From Candidatus Gottesmanbacteria bacterium (lineage in GTDB: Bacteria > Patescibacteriota > Microgenomatia > UBA10105 > UBA927), in NCBI GenBank assembly GCA_963701185.1, contig OY969569.1:859548-923547 (forward strand): 64,000 nucleotides of DNA, written 5' to 3'. The position numbers were made by a program, and so were the translations under genes. Positions 26,438 to 35,515 of the stretch are shown piece after piece. A model generated the notes under the pieces. It saw nothing but the letters and a program-made list of their open reading frames with translations. It ran no database searches and was not told where the DNA came from. Position 1 is the stretch's first letter; each line of letters begins with the position of its first letter.

Positions 26438-27076
26438 TTAGAATATTCTCGGGCTGACGAAATTAGAATCCGGGATGCCCAGATCCGGCCGGCCCGGGCG
26501 CTGTGCCCGTATGATAGTACTTAGGAATTGTTTTTCCTGCGTACCCCATTGTTTTTCGAAAAGCCCGAGATCGCCGACATACACCACTTTTGTGTGGAGA
26601 TGTGCCGTATTTTCGGCGTGTTTGCGGGCCATCGCATCAAGGGCGGGGTCGCCGCCGTACTTGGACATTTGATAGACATCAAATCGATCGCCGCCCAAGG
26701 CTTTGTTGAACTGAACTGTTTCCAGATCCGTCCGTTTAATCCCGACCACGCGGGTTACTTTGACTTCGCCGGCAGGCTGATAAATTTTAAGCGCACCGGT
26801 CGGAATGTCGCCCTGGAAATCCAGCCCGAAGATGGTATCAACATCCGGTCCGAGTGTGCCCATGTCAATATCCTGAAATACCGGGTACAATGCTTTCGCT
26901 ACCTCGACAAACTGGTACGGGAATGTTTGATATTTTCCGTTTTCATACGGAAGGTTTATCGCTTCAGTTTCTTTTTGCAGTCCTTCCGGAAGTCGTACCC
27001 CGGCAAGCGTCATCCCTGCTATTATCCCACCGGCCCCTTTTATAAAATCTCTACGCGATAATTCTTTATTTGCCAT
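26438..27076 (-). CDS. hypothetical protein with twin-arginine-like N-terminus
   Basis: LSRRDFIKGAGG; AGGAGG RBS upstream. Confidence 0.7.
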   Translation of the reverse strand: MANKELSRRDFIKGAGGIIAGMTLAGVRLPEGLQKETEAINLPYENGKYQTFPYQFVEVAKALYPVFQDIDMGTLGPDVDTIFGLDFQGDIPTGALKIYQPAGEVKVTRVVGIKRTDLETVQFNKALGGDRFDVYQMSKYGGDPALDAMARKHAENTAHLHTKVVYVGDLGLFEKQWGTQEKQFLSTIIRAQRPGRPDLGIPDSNFVSPRIF

Positions 27077-27093
27077 ATAACCTCCTTTTTAAC

Positions 27094-27738
27094 TTATTTT
27101 TTTAATAATAATGCCAATCCGCCGACTCCGGACAGGGCGCTTATCGATACTATCCAGAAGTCATTTACCCCTGCTACCGGCAGAGTTGCTCCCAAAACTT
27201 GACCGGTGACGCAGATCTGTGCCGTATCATAGTCGCCGTTAGGCCGCTCTGTCGCGGAAACTGCGGAATAATTGACGGCACACTGGCCGCTGACAATCGT
27301 ACCCGTTACTTTTGCGGTAATGTCAAAAACCCGGTTTTGACCGGCAGGCAGGTTATCTATAGTGAAATTCAGCGTCCGGCTTCCGGCGTCGTACGCGCCC
27401 GAACCACTGACGAAGGCCATAGTCTCCGGGAAGACGTCACGGATCTTCAGGTTGTGGAACGTCTCGCCGCTGCTGTTTTTGATGATCAGCCGGAACGTAA
27501 ATTCGCGGCCGGACGCAAATGAAGATGCGGAAACAGAGAGATTATCAAAGAAATTACTTGTTGAGAGGTCTTTAATTTGTTTGTCGATGGTGAGGTCTAC
27601 CGGTTGGCAACTCTGGCCGCCGCCGTACTGGGTCGTGCAATTTTGCGCATTGGCTTTTGGCGTCAGCACGATAAAAGCAAACAGGAAAGAAACAAGAATA
27701 AATGCAAAACGAGAGGTGAATCGATATCTATTTTTTAT
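27094..27738 (-). CDS. DUF11-domain surface protein with LPxAG sorting signal
   Basis: DLTIDKQI, FTFRLIIKN, IRDVFP; LPVAG + TM + KK; signal peptide begins at an ATA codon (27738). Confidence 0.75.
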   Translation of the reverse strand: MKNRYRFTSRFAFILVSFLFAFIVLTPKANAQNCTTQYGGGQSCQPVDLTIDKQIKDLSTSNFFDNLSVSASSFASGREFTFRLIIKNSSGETFHNLKIRDVFPETMAFVSGSGAYDAGSRTLNFTIDNLPAGQNRVFDITAKVTGTIVSGQCAVNYSAVSATERPNGDYDTAQICVTGQVLGATLPVAGVNDFWIVSISALSGVGGLALLLKK

Positions 27739-27784
27739 AGGTTTCGGGCAAGTGATGAGAAGATATCACACTAGTACGCTCCTG

Positions 27785-28060
27785 TCAACTATTATGGGAT
27801 TGATCGGCTGCCTCAGCTTCCTTTTCCATCTGTTCTAAACGGGTGTAGTAGTCGGAGAATTCGTTAAGATGCGCCAGCGCAATTTTTCCCGTCAGCAATA
27901 AATCGTCATTCGTGACATTTGTCAGGGGACTGACCGTCCCATGTTCCAATTCCACGTTCATGCCTATGGTGAACTGACCAATGTCGAATTTACTCCAGTC
28001 AATACCCAAGCGCTCACCGGTGGATTTTGCTTCTGCCTCCGTAATGTATTTTTTTGTCAT
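27785..28060 (-). CDS. DUF5661-like small protein
   Basis: GMNVELEHG...KIALAHLNEFSDYYTRL. Confidence 0.8.
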   Translation of the reverse strand: MTKKYITEAEAKSTGERLGIDWSKFDIGQFTIGMNVELEHGTVSPLTNVTNDDLLLTGKIALAHLNEFSDYYTRLEQMEKEAEAADQSHNS

Positions 28061-28148
28061 TTTTGTAAGAGATACGTATTTGTATCAGTATACACGTTTT
28101 ACGCATCTGTGATAAGCTGACTATAGGGGCAAAAGGAGGTGACATAAC

Positions 28149-28610
28149 ATGACGGAACAAAATGCAGACGTACAGGAAGTAACGACGGTTTCGACGCCGA
28201 CTACGACACAACGGGTTGTTCAGCAAACGAGGACAGTAAAACCAGCGATAGCGACAGGATCTCCACAAAAAACGTATGAAACCAAAAAAGCAATTTTCCG
28301 CGTGTATCAGATTATCTGGTACATTCTGGGTGTCATTGAGGTGATTCTGGCGTTTAGGGTCATTCTCAAGCTCCTTGGGGCAAATGCCGGGAGCGGGTTT
28401 ACCAATTTTATCTATACGGTGAGTAATCCTTTCGCGTTGCCGTTTGCGGGGATATTGGGTGTTACGGGTATTTCGGATATGACGTTTGAATGGTCAACGA
28501 TCATTGCCATGGTGGTCTATGCCATTGTTGCGTACGGAATCGTTGCGCTTTTCCAGATGGTGAAGCCGACAAATCCGCAGGAAGTAGATCAAACAGTTGA
28601 TAATCAATAA
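28149..28610 (+). CDS. YggT-like membrane protein
   Basis: LAFRVILKLLGAN..SGFTNFIY.VS.PF..PF.GI; GGAGGTGA RBS. Confidence 0.75.
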   Translation: MTEQNADVQEVTTVSTPTTTQRVVQQTRTVKPAIATGSPQKTYETKKAIFRVYQIIWYILGVIEVILAFRVILKLLGANAGSGFTNFIYTVSNPFALPFAGILGVTGISDMTFEWSTIIAMVVYAIVAYGIVALFQMVKPTNPQEVDQTVDNQ

Positions 28611-28631
28611 CCATAAGGAGGTGAAACATAT

Positions 28632-28835
28632 ATGACAACGATCGTCAATAACCCCCCTCCCGCCAAAGAGTCGGGAGGAGGCATGGGATGGATCATTGCA
28701 CTTATTGTGATTCTGATCGTCGGGTATCTGTTTATTATGTACGGGATTCCGGCTTTGAGACAAATACAGCTGGGAAGTCCGCAGATTACTCTACCGAGTA
28801 AAATCGACGTCAATATTAATCAGCCGGCTAAATAA
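28632..28835 (+). CDS. small membrane protein
   Basis: GGAGGTGA RBS, single TM. Confidence 0.75.
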   Translation: MTTIVNNPPPAKESGGGMGWIIALIVILIVGYLFIMYGIPALRQIQLGSPQITLPSKIDVNINQPAK

Positions 28836-28866
28836 TATGCCATGAGAGAAGGGAGGTGAAGAAACT

Positions 28867-29121
28867 ATGGGTATTTTATTGTGGATTATTTTCGGGGCGC
28901 TTGCAGGATGGATCGCATCCGTCATCATGAAAACCAATGCGAATCAAGGGACATTGATGGACGTCATTATGGGTATCGTCGGAGCCGTGGTGGGAGGATT
29001 TTTGATGAACCTGATCGGTCAATCAGGCGTTTCGGGATTTAACCTGTATAGCCTTGTTGTTGCCGTACTTGGTGCCATTGTCGTTATTGCAATTGGCCGC
29101 GCGTTGCAAAGAAACAGGTAA
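28867..29121 (+). CDS. GlsB/YeaQ/YmgE (transglycosylase-associated) membrane protein
   Basis: WIIFGALAGWIA...GIVGAVVGG...VAVLGA. Confidence 0.9.
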   Translation: MGILLWIIFGALAGWIASVIMKTNANQGTLMDVIMGIVGAVVGGFLMNLIGQSGVSGFNLYSLVVAVLGAIVVIAIGRALQRNR

Positions 29122-29158
29122 CGCGAGGGAGCGAGGGGAAGCAAGGGAGGTGAGAAAC

Positions 29159-29302
29159 ATGAATATTTCTACGACGAGTTTAAGTCCGTTAGCTTCGCTG
29201 GTGTTTGGCGTCTTGATCCTTATCTTTCCGAAATTTCTTAACTATTTTATCGCTGCGTACCTGATTATTGTCGGCATTATCGGATTAGGGTTGATACGGT
29301 GA
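29159..29302 (+). CDS. DUF3096-like small membrane protein
   Basis: LILIFPKFLNYFIAAYLII; GGAGGTGA RBS. Confidence 0.75.
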   Translation: MNISTTSLSPLASLVFGVLILIFPKFLNYFIAAYLIIVGIIGLGLIR

Positions 29303-29311
29303 CAGCGTGTT

Positions 29312-29539
29312 TTAAAAATAAAGAAGAATTCCCAGTACTCCATGAATGAGTGCAAGCGTTATGGAGAGAGCGGCCATCCCCGGATGCCACCGAAAAGGAA
29401 TTTTGTGATTGCCCTTGAAGTTTAAAAACCCGATGAGGGCAGTGAACAAAAAAGAAAGAAGAGTCAAAATCCCCATATACATAATGAGGGGTTTCCCGAA
29501 TATCAAAAAGTAACTGACATTCCGTAACATGTTACTCAA
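29312..29539 (-). CDS. small membrane protein with two His (possible heme/metal-binding)
   Basis: Two TM helices, RWH...IHG; downstream of cupredoxin. Confidence 0.65.
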   Translation of the reverse strand: MSNMLRNVSYFLIFGKPLIMYMGILTLLSFLFTALIGFLNFKGNHKIPFRWHPGMAALSITLALIHGVLGILLYF

Positions 29540-29912
29540 CCACGATTTTCCCCTTCATGGAAGGATGAATACTACAACTATAATCAAACGTGCCCTTTGA
29601 AGTAAACGTAAAATCAAAGCTGTCTCCCCGGTTTAAGTCAGACGAATGAAACGAATCAGACGTAATTGTATGAGTCGCTGGATCCTGATTTATCCAGGTC
29701 ACCTTTGTCCCCTGCGGGACCGTCAGGGTATCGGGAGTAAACGAGAAATTCTTAATGGTTATTGTATCGGCCGCAACTTGGGTTTGCGGCTGCTCTGTTG
29801 CTGCCGGCTGTTGTTGGCTTGGTTGATATTGTTTTTGGGTGAAGTAGAATACACTGCCGACAACAACAATCACGACGACAATTCCGATAAGTATTTTATT
29901 ATTTATAATCAT
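29532..29912 (-). CDS. cupredoxin (plastocyanin/amicyanin-like)
   Basis: FSFTP, VTWINQDPATHTI, YSCSIHPSMKG type-1 Cu ligands. Confidence 0.9.
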   Translation of the reverse strand: MIINNKILIGIVVVIVVVGSVFYFTQKQYQPSQQQPAATEQPQTQVAADTITIKNFSFTPDTLTVPQGTKVTWINQDPATHTITSDSFHSSDLNRGDSFDFTFTSKGTFDYSCSIHPSMKGKIVVE

Positions 29913-29938
29913 TCACCTCCCTCATATACATTAGTATA

Positions 29939-30727
29939 TCACGACTTCCGTCGTACATAGGCGACACCTGCAATAATACCCCATGCAACCGCTACTGCAA
30001 GAATTTGATAGGCGAGGATTTTATCCATTTTTAAGGTTAGGCTTGTAGGGTCCGGGGTCGGCGTGGGGGATGGAGTGATTGCGGTTCCGAGGACTTGGGT
30101 TTCCGCTGGAGACGGCAGGAAAGAACCGAATGTCCGTTGGGCAGGGGTATCGGCCAGAGGCCAATCAGCCTTTGGCTGAGGCGTTAGTGTGGGAGTAGGT
30201 ATTTTAGTAGGGAAGGGTGTAGGGTTTGCGGTGGGCGACGGTTGGGGACAATCATTATTTGTATTGAAGGTGGCAGTAGTGCACGTTACCCACGTTCCGC
30301 CGCCGTCTACACTTCGCCCCATAGAGTTATCGTATCCCAGGGTGCTTGGGTAACTTTGGCTGTCGATCAGAGTAGAAGGAGTTTTTTCATCAAAGAGTTG
30401 TACGGTATCTCCCCGTATAGAGAATCTCATATTCATTTGGTATCCGGTAAGCGTTAAAAACCCGTGAGGTGGTATTTTTGCGTTGATGCCAAAAGGAAAT
30501 TTGTCACCCTCGGCATTTTGAAGCATCCACCCGTTGAGTGATTTTGAATCCGGCCCATCGTCGGTGTTGTAAAGTTCAACCCATTCTACGTCGGGATTCT
30601 TATCTAACGGCATAAGTTCATTAATGACGATTGCGGCGCGGATCGGGGTATTGATGAAAAAAGGAGTGAGCAAAAACAGTGTCATACTACCGATGAGAGG
30701 CAAGAGATTGAAGGATCGTTGAATCAC
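29939..30727 (-). CDS. lamin-tail-domain surface protein with Pro/Thr linker
   Basis: IVINELMP...EWVELYN...LNGWML; PT-rich linker; C-terminal TM. Confidence 0.8.
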   Translation of the reverse strand: MIQRSFNLLPLIGSMTLFLLTPFFINTPIRAAIVINELMPLDKNPDVEWVELYNTDDGPDSKSLNGWMLQNAEGDKFPFGINAKIPPHGFLTLTGYQMNMRFSIRGDTVQLFDEKTPSTLIDSQSYPSTLGYDNSMGRSVDGGGTWVTCTTATFNTNNDCPQPSPTANPTPFPTKIPTPTLTPQPKADWPLADTPAQRTFGSFLPSPAETQVLGTAITPSPTPTPDPTSLTLKMDKILAYQILAVAVAWGIIAGVAYVRRKS

Positions 30728-30745
30728 GTACCGGTATTATACTCG

Positions 30746-31312
30746 TTAATCGTCGATTTTACCTTCTTCCGGTTTATCCCGTTTTTTCTCTTCTTCATGT
30801 TCCAGTGACTTAATGAATGTTTTATGTTCGGTCAGTACCGTATTTATTGTCTCATGGGAAACATCTTTTCGTTTTTCTATTTTTTTGATATCGTCATTTA
30901 AGTTGGTTATCGATGCATCGATAACTTTTTGGTTTCCCTGAATTTGGGCATGTTGAATTTCGTCGATTCGGCGGGAAATGATAGAGCTTGCGACCGTGGT
31001 TTTCAACGATTCGGTCGGGGATAAGGTAAGGGCGACCTGTTCACTGAGTACTTTAATAGGGTAAAGAGAGCTATTAGGAAGGCTTCCTTGCGCGGCGTAC
31101 ACAGCGCCGGCGGATAAGATAACGGTTGCGATCGCAGTACCCAGCGTGTAGCCAAAAACTCTCGGGCGCCGGTACCAGCTGACACGCAGAGGGTGCGGGT
31201 TTGTTACCGCATTGATAATTCGGATGCGCGCATTATTGCGGAATGTATCCGACGGCGTAGCCTCCTGTTTCAGGCTGTGCAGCATGTTTTCTATGTCAGA
31301 TGTGTTATTCAT
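30746..31312 (-). CDS. DUF5667-domain putative anti-sigma factor
   Basis: TM then SLPNSSLYPIKVLSE; directly downstream of ECF sigma. Confidence 0.75.
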   Translation of the reverse strand: MNNTSDIENMLHSLKQEATPSDTFRNNARIRIINAVTNPHPLRVSWYRRPRVFGYTLGTAIATVILSAGAVYAAQGSLPNSSLYPIKVLSEQVALTLSPTESLKTTVASSIISRRIDEIQHAQIQGNQKVIDASITNLNDDIKKIEKRKDVSHETINTVLTEHKTFIKSLEHEEEKKRDKPEEGKIDD

Positions 31313-31847
31313 GGTCGACTACTGTCCGTAACTTTTGTACTGCGCGGCTCTGGAGTACCCGTACGTGCGCCAGTGGTTTATCCAGAAGCCCGCTGATTTC
31401 TTCATTCGTTTTGTCCTCAATGTATTTAAGAATGATGATTTCCTGATATGATTCCGGCAGTTTCCGGATGCAGTCCATAATATATTCTTTGGTTAATTTC
31501 CGTTCGGTTTCCCGCTCGGGATTTTGCTTTTCGTCAGGGACATCTGCCGATTCCGCGAGTGATACCGTTTTTTTTGTACTCCGGTAATAATCAATAATTT
31601 TATTGCGGGTAATCCTGTATACCCAGGCCTCAAACGGCAGCCCCCGCTCATTATAGTCACGTATGTGCTCAAAGATGCTGACAAATGCCGCTTCCGCAAT
31701 ATCTTCCGCATCTTCCCGTGTACTTACACGAAAAAAGACGAACCTGTAAACGGCGTCTATAAAAGTATCATACAAAACACCCACGGCTTCTTTGTCGCCG
31801 TTGCGGGCATCGTGAACGAGTTTTTTAATATTCACGCGTGTCCTCAT
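31305..31847 (-). CDS. ECF-type sigma-70 factor
   Basis: DAEDIA, FEAWVYRITRNKIIDYYR, region 4 EEISGLL...VRVLQSRA. Confidence 0.92.
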   Translation of the reverse strand: MRTRVNIKKLVHDARNGDKEAVGVLYDTFIDAVYRFVFFRVSTREDAEDIAEAAFVSIFEHIRDYNERGLPFEAWVYRITRNKIIDYYRSTKKTVSLAESADVPDEKQNPERETERKLTKEYIMDCIRKLPESYQEIIILKYIEDKTNEEISGLLDKPLAHVRVLQSRAVQKLRTVVDHE

Positions 31848-31853
31848 ATATAG

Positions 31854-31881
31854 AACGGATTTGTAGTATAAAACGTAACAG
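31854..31881 (-). promoter_or_regulatory. putative autoregulatory ECF promoter
   Basis: CTGTTACGTTTT-N11-CCGTT, 6 nt before the ATG. Confidence 0.55.
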
Positions 31882-31982
31882 GCGCAATTACCATGGTGGT
31901 CAGGCAAAGATAGCCTATATAGTGTATAATAGCCGTGTTCTGCCCTAACGGCCCCGACTTAGCGTCGGGGTATTACGTGTTT

Positions 31983-33806
31983 ATGGATATACGAAATATT
32001 GCTATTATCGCGCACGTGGATCACGGAAAAACAACCCTCGTAGACGGGATGCTCAAACAGACCCATACGTTCCGCGCCAATGAGAAGGAAATGACCCAAA
32101 CGACCATCCTTGACAGTAATGCCCTGGAGCGGGAAAAAGGGATTACGATCCTCGCCAAAAATACGGCGGTCATGTACCATAAAACGAAAATAAACATTAT
32201 TGACACGCCCGGCCATGCGGATTTCTCCGGCGAGGTAGAGCGGGTTATCAACATGGCGGACGGCGCCCTCCTTGTTATCGATGCGGCGGAAGGACCCCTC
32301 CCGCAAACGCAATTTGTTCTTCAAAAAGCACTGGAACACAACCTTAAGCTGATTGTTGTTATCAATAAAATCGACCGCAAAGATGCGCGCCCGGACGAGG
32401 TTCTCCGTGAGACGGAAGAACTTTTCCTCCATATTGCCTCTCATTCGCACCATCTGGATTTTCCCGTGCTCTATGCCATCGGCCGTGAGGAAAAAGCATG
32501 GAGTTCGTATCCCGGCGATATGAATGAAAAAACAGATTTAACATCGCTGTTTGATGCAATCATCAAATATATTCCGGCGCCTATCGTTGATGCAACTAAA
32601 CCGTTTAAAATGCTGGTTTCTACCCTGGATTTTGAATCCCATAAGGGAACCTTTGCTATCGGCAAAGTCGGCCAGGGATCTGTGAAACCCGGACAAAAGG
32701 TATTTCAGATGCTGGAGGATAAAAAGCTCGGGGCATTCACCGTCGGTGAGGTATTTACGAGCGTTGGTTTGAAGCGGGTTCCGGCTGAATTAGGGGAAAC
32801 CGGGGATATCATTGCTATTACCGGTATACCGGATGTTGGTATCGGTCAGACACTTACGGACCCTTCTGATCCGGTCGGATTTCCGGCTATTCATCTTGAA
32901 GAGCCTACTCTCAAAATTCTGGTGTCCGCAAATACGTCTCCGTTTGCCGGACGCGAAGGGAAATTTTCGACGGCCCGCCAGATCCACCAGAGGCTCATTA
33001 AGGAAAAACAGACGAATATCGGACTCCGCATCACGGAAAATCCGGAAGGCACGGGATTTATCGTCGCCGGACGGGGAGAGCTTCATTTGGCAATTCTTTT
33101 TGAAAATTTGCGCCGCGAGGGGTATGAATTTCAAGTAGGCAAACCCGAGGTTATCTTAAAAGAAGAGGGCGGTGTGATTCAGGAACCATTTGAAGAAATT
33201 ACGATAGAAATAGATAATGCGTACGTCGGCGTCATCAGTGAAGAAATTGGTCGGCGCCGCGCCATGATGCTTGATACACACACGAATGAACGCGGTGTGA
33301 CCAAAATGGTATACAAAGTGTCCAGCCGCAACCTTCTTGGATTCCGCGGCGATATTCTAACGAAAACACGCGGGAACGGCATATTTGCCACGCGGTTTAT
33401 CGGATATTTCCCAATGACACCACATATTGCGAAACTCCGAAACGGCGTCCTCGTGTCTTTGGAAACGGGTAAATCCACGGGCTATGCGCTCACGACCGTG
33501 CAGGAACGGGGAAAACCATTTATCGGTCCCGGCATACCGGTGTATGAAGGCATGATTATCGGCCTCAACAACCGGTCGGAAGATATTGATATCAACGTCT
33601 GTAAGATTAAGAAATTAACTAATATTCATAGTGCGAATGCGGATGTTGCCATCCAACTGGATCCGCCGATGGTGTTATCTCTCGAACAGGCTCTGGATTT
33701 TATTGAAGACGATGAGCTTCTGGAAGTAACCCCGTTACATTTGCGGCTCCGCAAAAAATTCCTCACCCACACCGACCGCGTCCGCCACGCGCGGGCGAAC
33801 ACCTAG
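31983..33806 (+). CDS. typA: translational GTPase TypA/BipA
   Basis: IAHVDHGKTT, DTPGHADF, NKID, GRGELHL, DDELLEVTP. Confidence 0.96.
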   Translation: MDIRNIAIIAHVDHGKTTLVDGMLKQTHTFRANEKEMTQTTILDSNALEREKGITILAKNTAVMYHKTKINIIDTPGHADFSGEVERVINMADGALLVIDAAEGPLPQTQFVLQKALEHNLKLIVVINKIDRKDARPDEVLRETEELFLHIASHSHHLDFPVLYAIGREEKAWSSYPGDMNEKTDLTSLFDAIIKYIPAPIVDATKPFKMLVSTLDFESHKGTFAIGKVGQGSVKPGQKVFQMLEDKKLGAFTVGEVFTSVGLKRVPAELGETGDIIAITGIPDVGIGQTLTDPSDPVGFPAIHLEEPTLKILVSANTSPFAGREGKFSTARQIHQRLIKEKQTNIGLRITENPEGTGFIVAGRGELHLAILFENLRREGYEFQVGKPEVILKEEGGVIQEPFEEITIEIDNAYVGVISEEIGRRRAMMLDTHTNERGVTKMVYKVSSRNLLGFRGDILTKTRGNGIFATRFIGYFPMTPHIAKLRNGVLVSLETGKSTGYALTTVQERGKPFIGPGIPVYEGMIIGLNNRSEDIDINVCKIKKLTNIHSANADVAIQLDPPMVLSLEQALDFIEDDELLEVTPLHLRLRKKFLTHTDRVRHARANT

Positions 33807-33832
33807 CTTACGATCTGTTGTATTATAGATGT

Positions 33833-35515
33833 ATGAACCTGTCCAACGAGCAGCTGGCGTTGCTCGTGTCTCAAAGCAACATAGATCAAGCTAAACTGGC
33901 AAGCGCTGTTGAGTTTGCTAAATCCGCAAACGTACCGCTGTCTGCCGCCCTCGTTGAAAAAGAAGTGCTTTCAGACGAGCAGCTCGGAACTATTGTTGCG
34001 GCCTACTATAAAGTTCCCTTTATTGAGTTGTCCAAGAGTACCATCATGGAGGATGTGTTTCACATCGTGCCGGAAAAAGTTGCCCGTAAGCAAAGCGCGA
34101 TTGCGTTTGCCCGCGATAGTACGGGAATTAAAATTGCCATGTCGGACCCCACGAATCTTTCGATCGTGGAAATGGTGGCCAAAAAAACAGGGCAACAGGT
34201 CATGATCCACTACGCGACCGAACGTGACATAGAAAATACACTTCAGGTATATAAAAAAGTCCTTCAGAAAACGATCGATGAGCTTCTCAAGGAAGATATC
34301 AAAAAGGCAACCACATCGGTGTATGACGATTTGCCGATTGCTAAAATTGTCGATGTGTTAATCGACGCGGCATATCAGGATAAAGCATCGGATATTCACA
34401 TTGAGCCGGAGGAAAATAATTCCCTTATTCGGTTCCGCATCGACGGCGTTCTTCACGAGGTGCTGCGTGTTCCCAAAATCCTGCATGACCGCATCATTAC
34501 CCGCATTAAGGTGCTTTCGGGACTCCGGACTGATGAACATATGAGCGCGCAGGACGGGAAAATGCGTTTGAGCCTTGAAGAAGAAAATCTCGACATCCGG
34601 GTGTCCATTATCCCTATCGCCGAAGGGGAGAAAGTCGTGCTGCGGCTGCTGTCGTCCCGATCCCGCGAATATACCCTTACCGATTTGGGCATGAGCGAGA
34701 ACGATCTGAAGAAAGTGAAAGCCGCATACAATAAATCGTACGGCATGATTCTTTCGACCGGGCCGACGGGATCCGGGAAGACGACGTCAATTTACGCTAT
34801 ACTGAAAATTCTCAACACCCGGGAAAAGAACATCACCACAATCGAGGACCCTATTGAATACAGGATTAAAGGCGCCAATCAGGTGCAGGTAAACCCGAAA
34901 ACAAACCTGACGTTTGCCAACGGCTTGCGGTCAATCCTCCGGCAGGATCCCAATATTATTTTCGTCGGTGAAATCCGGGATTCGGAAACGGCAGGTATCG
35001 CCGTGAATGCAGCCCTTACCGGCCATTTGGTTCTTTCAACGCTGCACACCAACGACGCGGCGACGGCAATTCCGCGGTTGACCGATATGAAAGTGGAACC
35101 GTTTCTTGTCGCCTCCACCGTGAATATTATCATTGCGCAGCGTTTGGTGCGTAAAATATGCGATATGTGTAAAACAACGGACGACATGACGATGGATGAA
35201 CTAAAAAAACATCTACCGGAGGAAATTATTAAAAAACATTTCGGCGGCTCGGAGAAATTGACGCTCTACAAAGGAAAGGGTTGTAAAATTTGTCATACCA
35301 CAGGCTATAGCGGCCGCTTGGGAGTTTTTGAAGTATTGGAAGTGACCAAAACGATACGGCAGCTTATTACGGAACGGAGCGACTCCGATGTTATTAATCA
35401 AAAGGCGATAGAAGAAGGCATGACGACAATGCTTGATGACGGGCTGGATAAAGTCCGTAAGGGCTTAACGACCATCAAAGAGGTTGTCCGTGTTACGAAA
35501 GTAGAGTCCTTATGA
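33833..35515 (+). CDS. pilB: type IV pilus assembly ATPase
   Basis: ASDIHIEP, GPTGSGKT, TIEDPIE, LRQDP, Zn-binding Cys pairs. Confidence 0.92.
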   Translation: MNLSNEQLALLVSQSNIDQAKLASAVEFAKSANVPLSAALVEKEVLSDEQLGTIVAAYYKVPFIELSKSTIMEDVFHIVPEKVARKQSAIAFARDSTGIKIAMSDPTNLSIVEMVAKKTGQQVMIHYATERDIENTLQVYKKVLQKTIDELLKEDIKKATTSVYDDLPIAKIVDVLIDAAYQDKASDIHIEPEENNSLIRFRIDGVLHEVLRVPKILHDRIITRIKVLSGLRTDEHMSAQDGKMRLSLEEENLDIRVSIIPIAEGEKVVLRLLSSRSREYTLTDLGMSENDLKKVKAAYNKSYGMILSTGPTGSGKTTSIYAILKILNTREKNITTIEDPIEYRIKGANQVQVNPKTNLTFANGLRSILRQDPNIIFVGEIRDSETAGIAVNAALTGHLVLSTLHTNDAATAIPRLTDMKVEPFLVASTVNIIIAQRLVRKICDMCKTTDDMTMDELKKHLPEEIIKKHFGGSEKLTLYKGKGCKICHTTGYSGRLGVFEVLEVTKTIRQLITERSDSDVINQKAIEEGMTTMLDDGLDKVRKGLTTIKEVVRVTKVESL

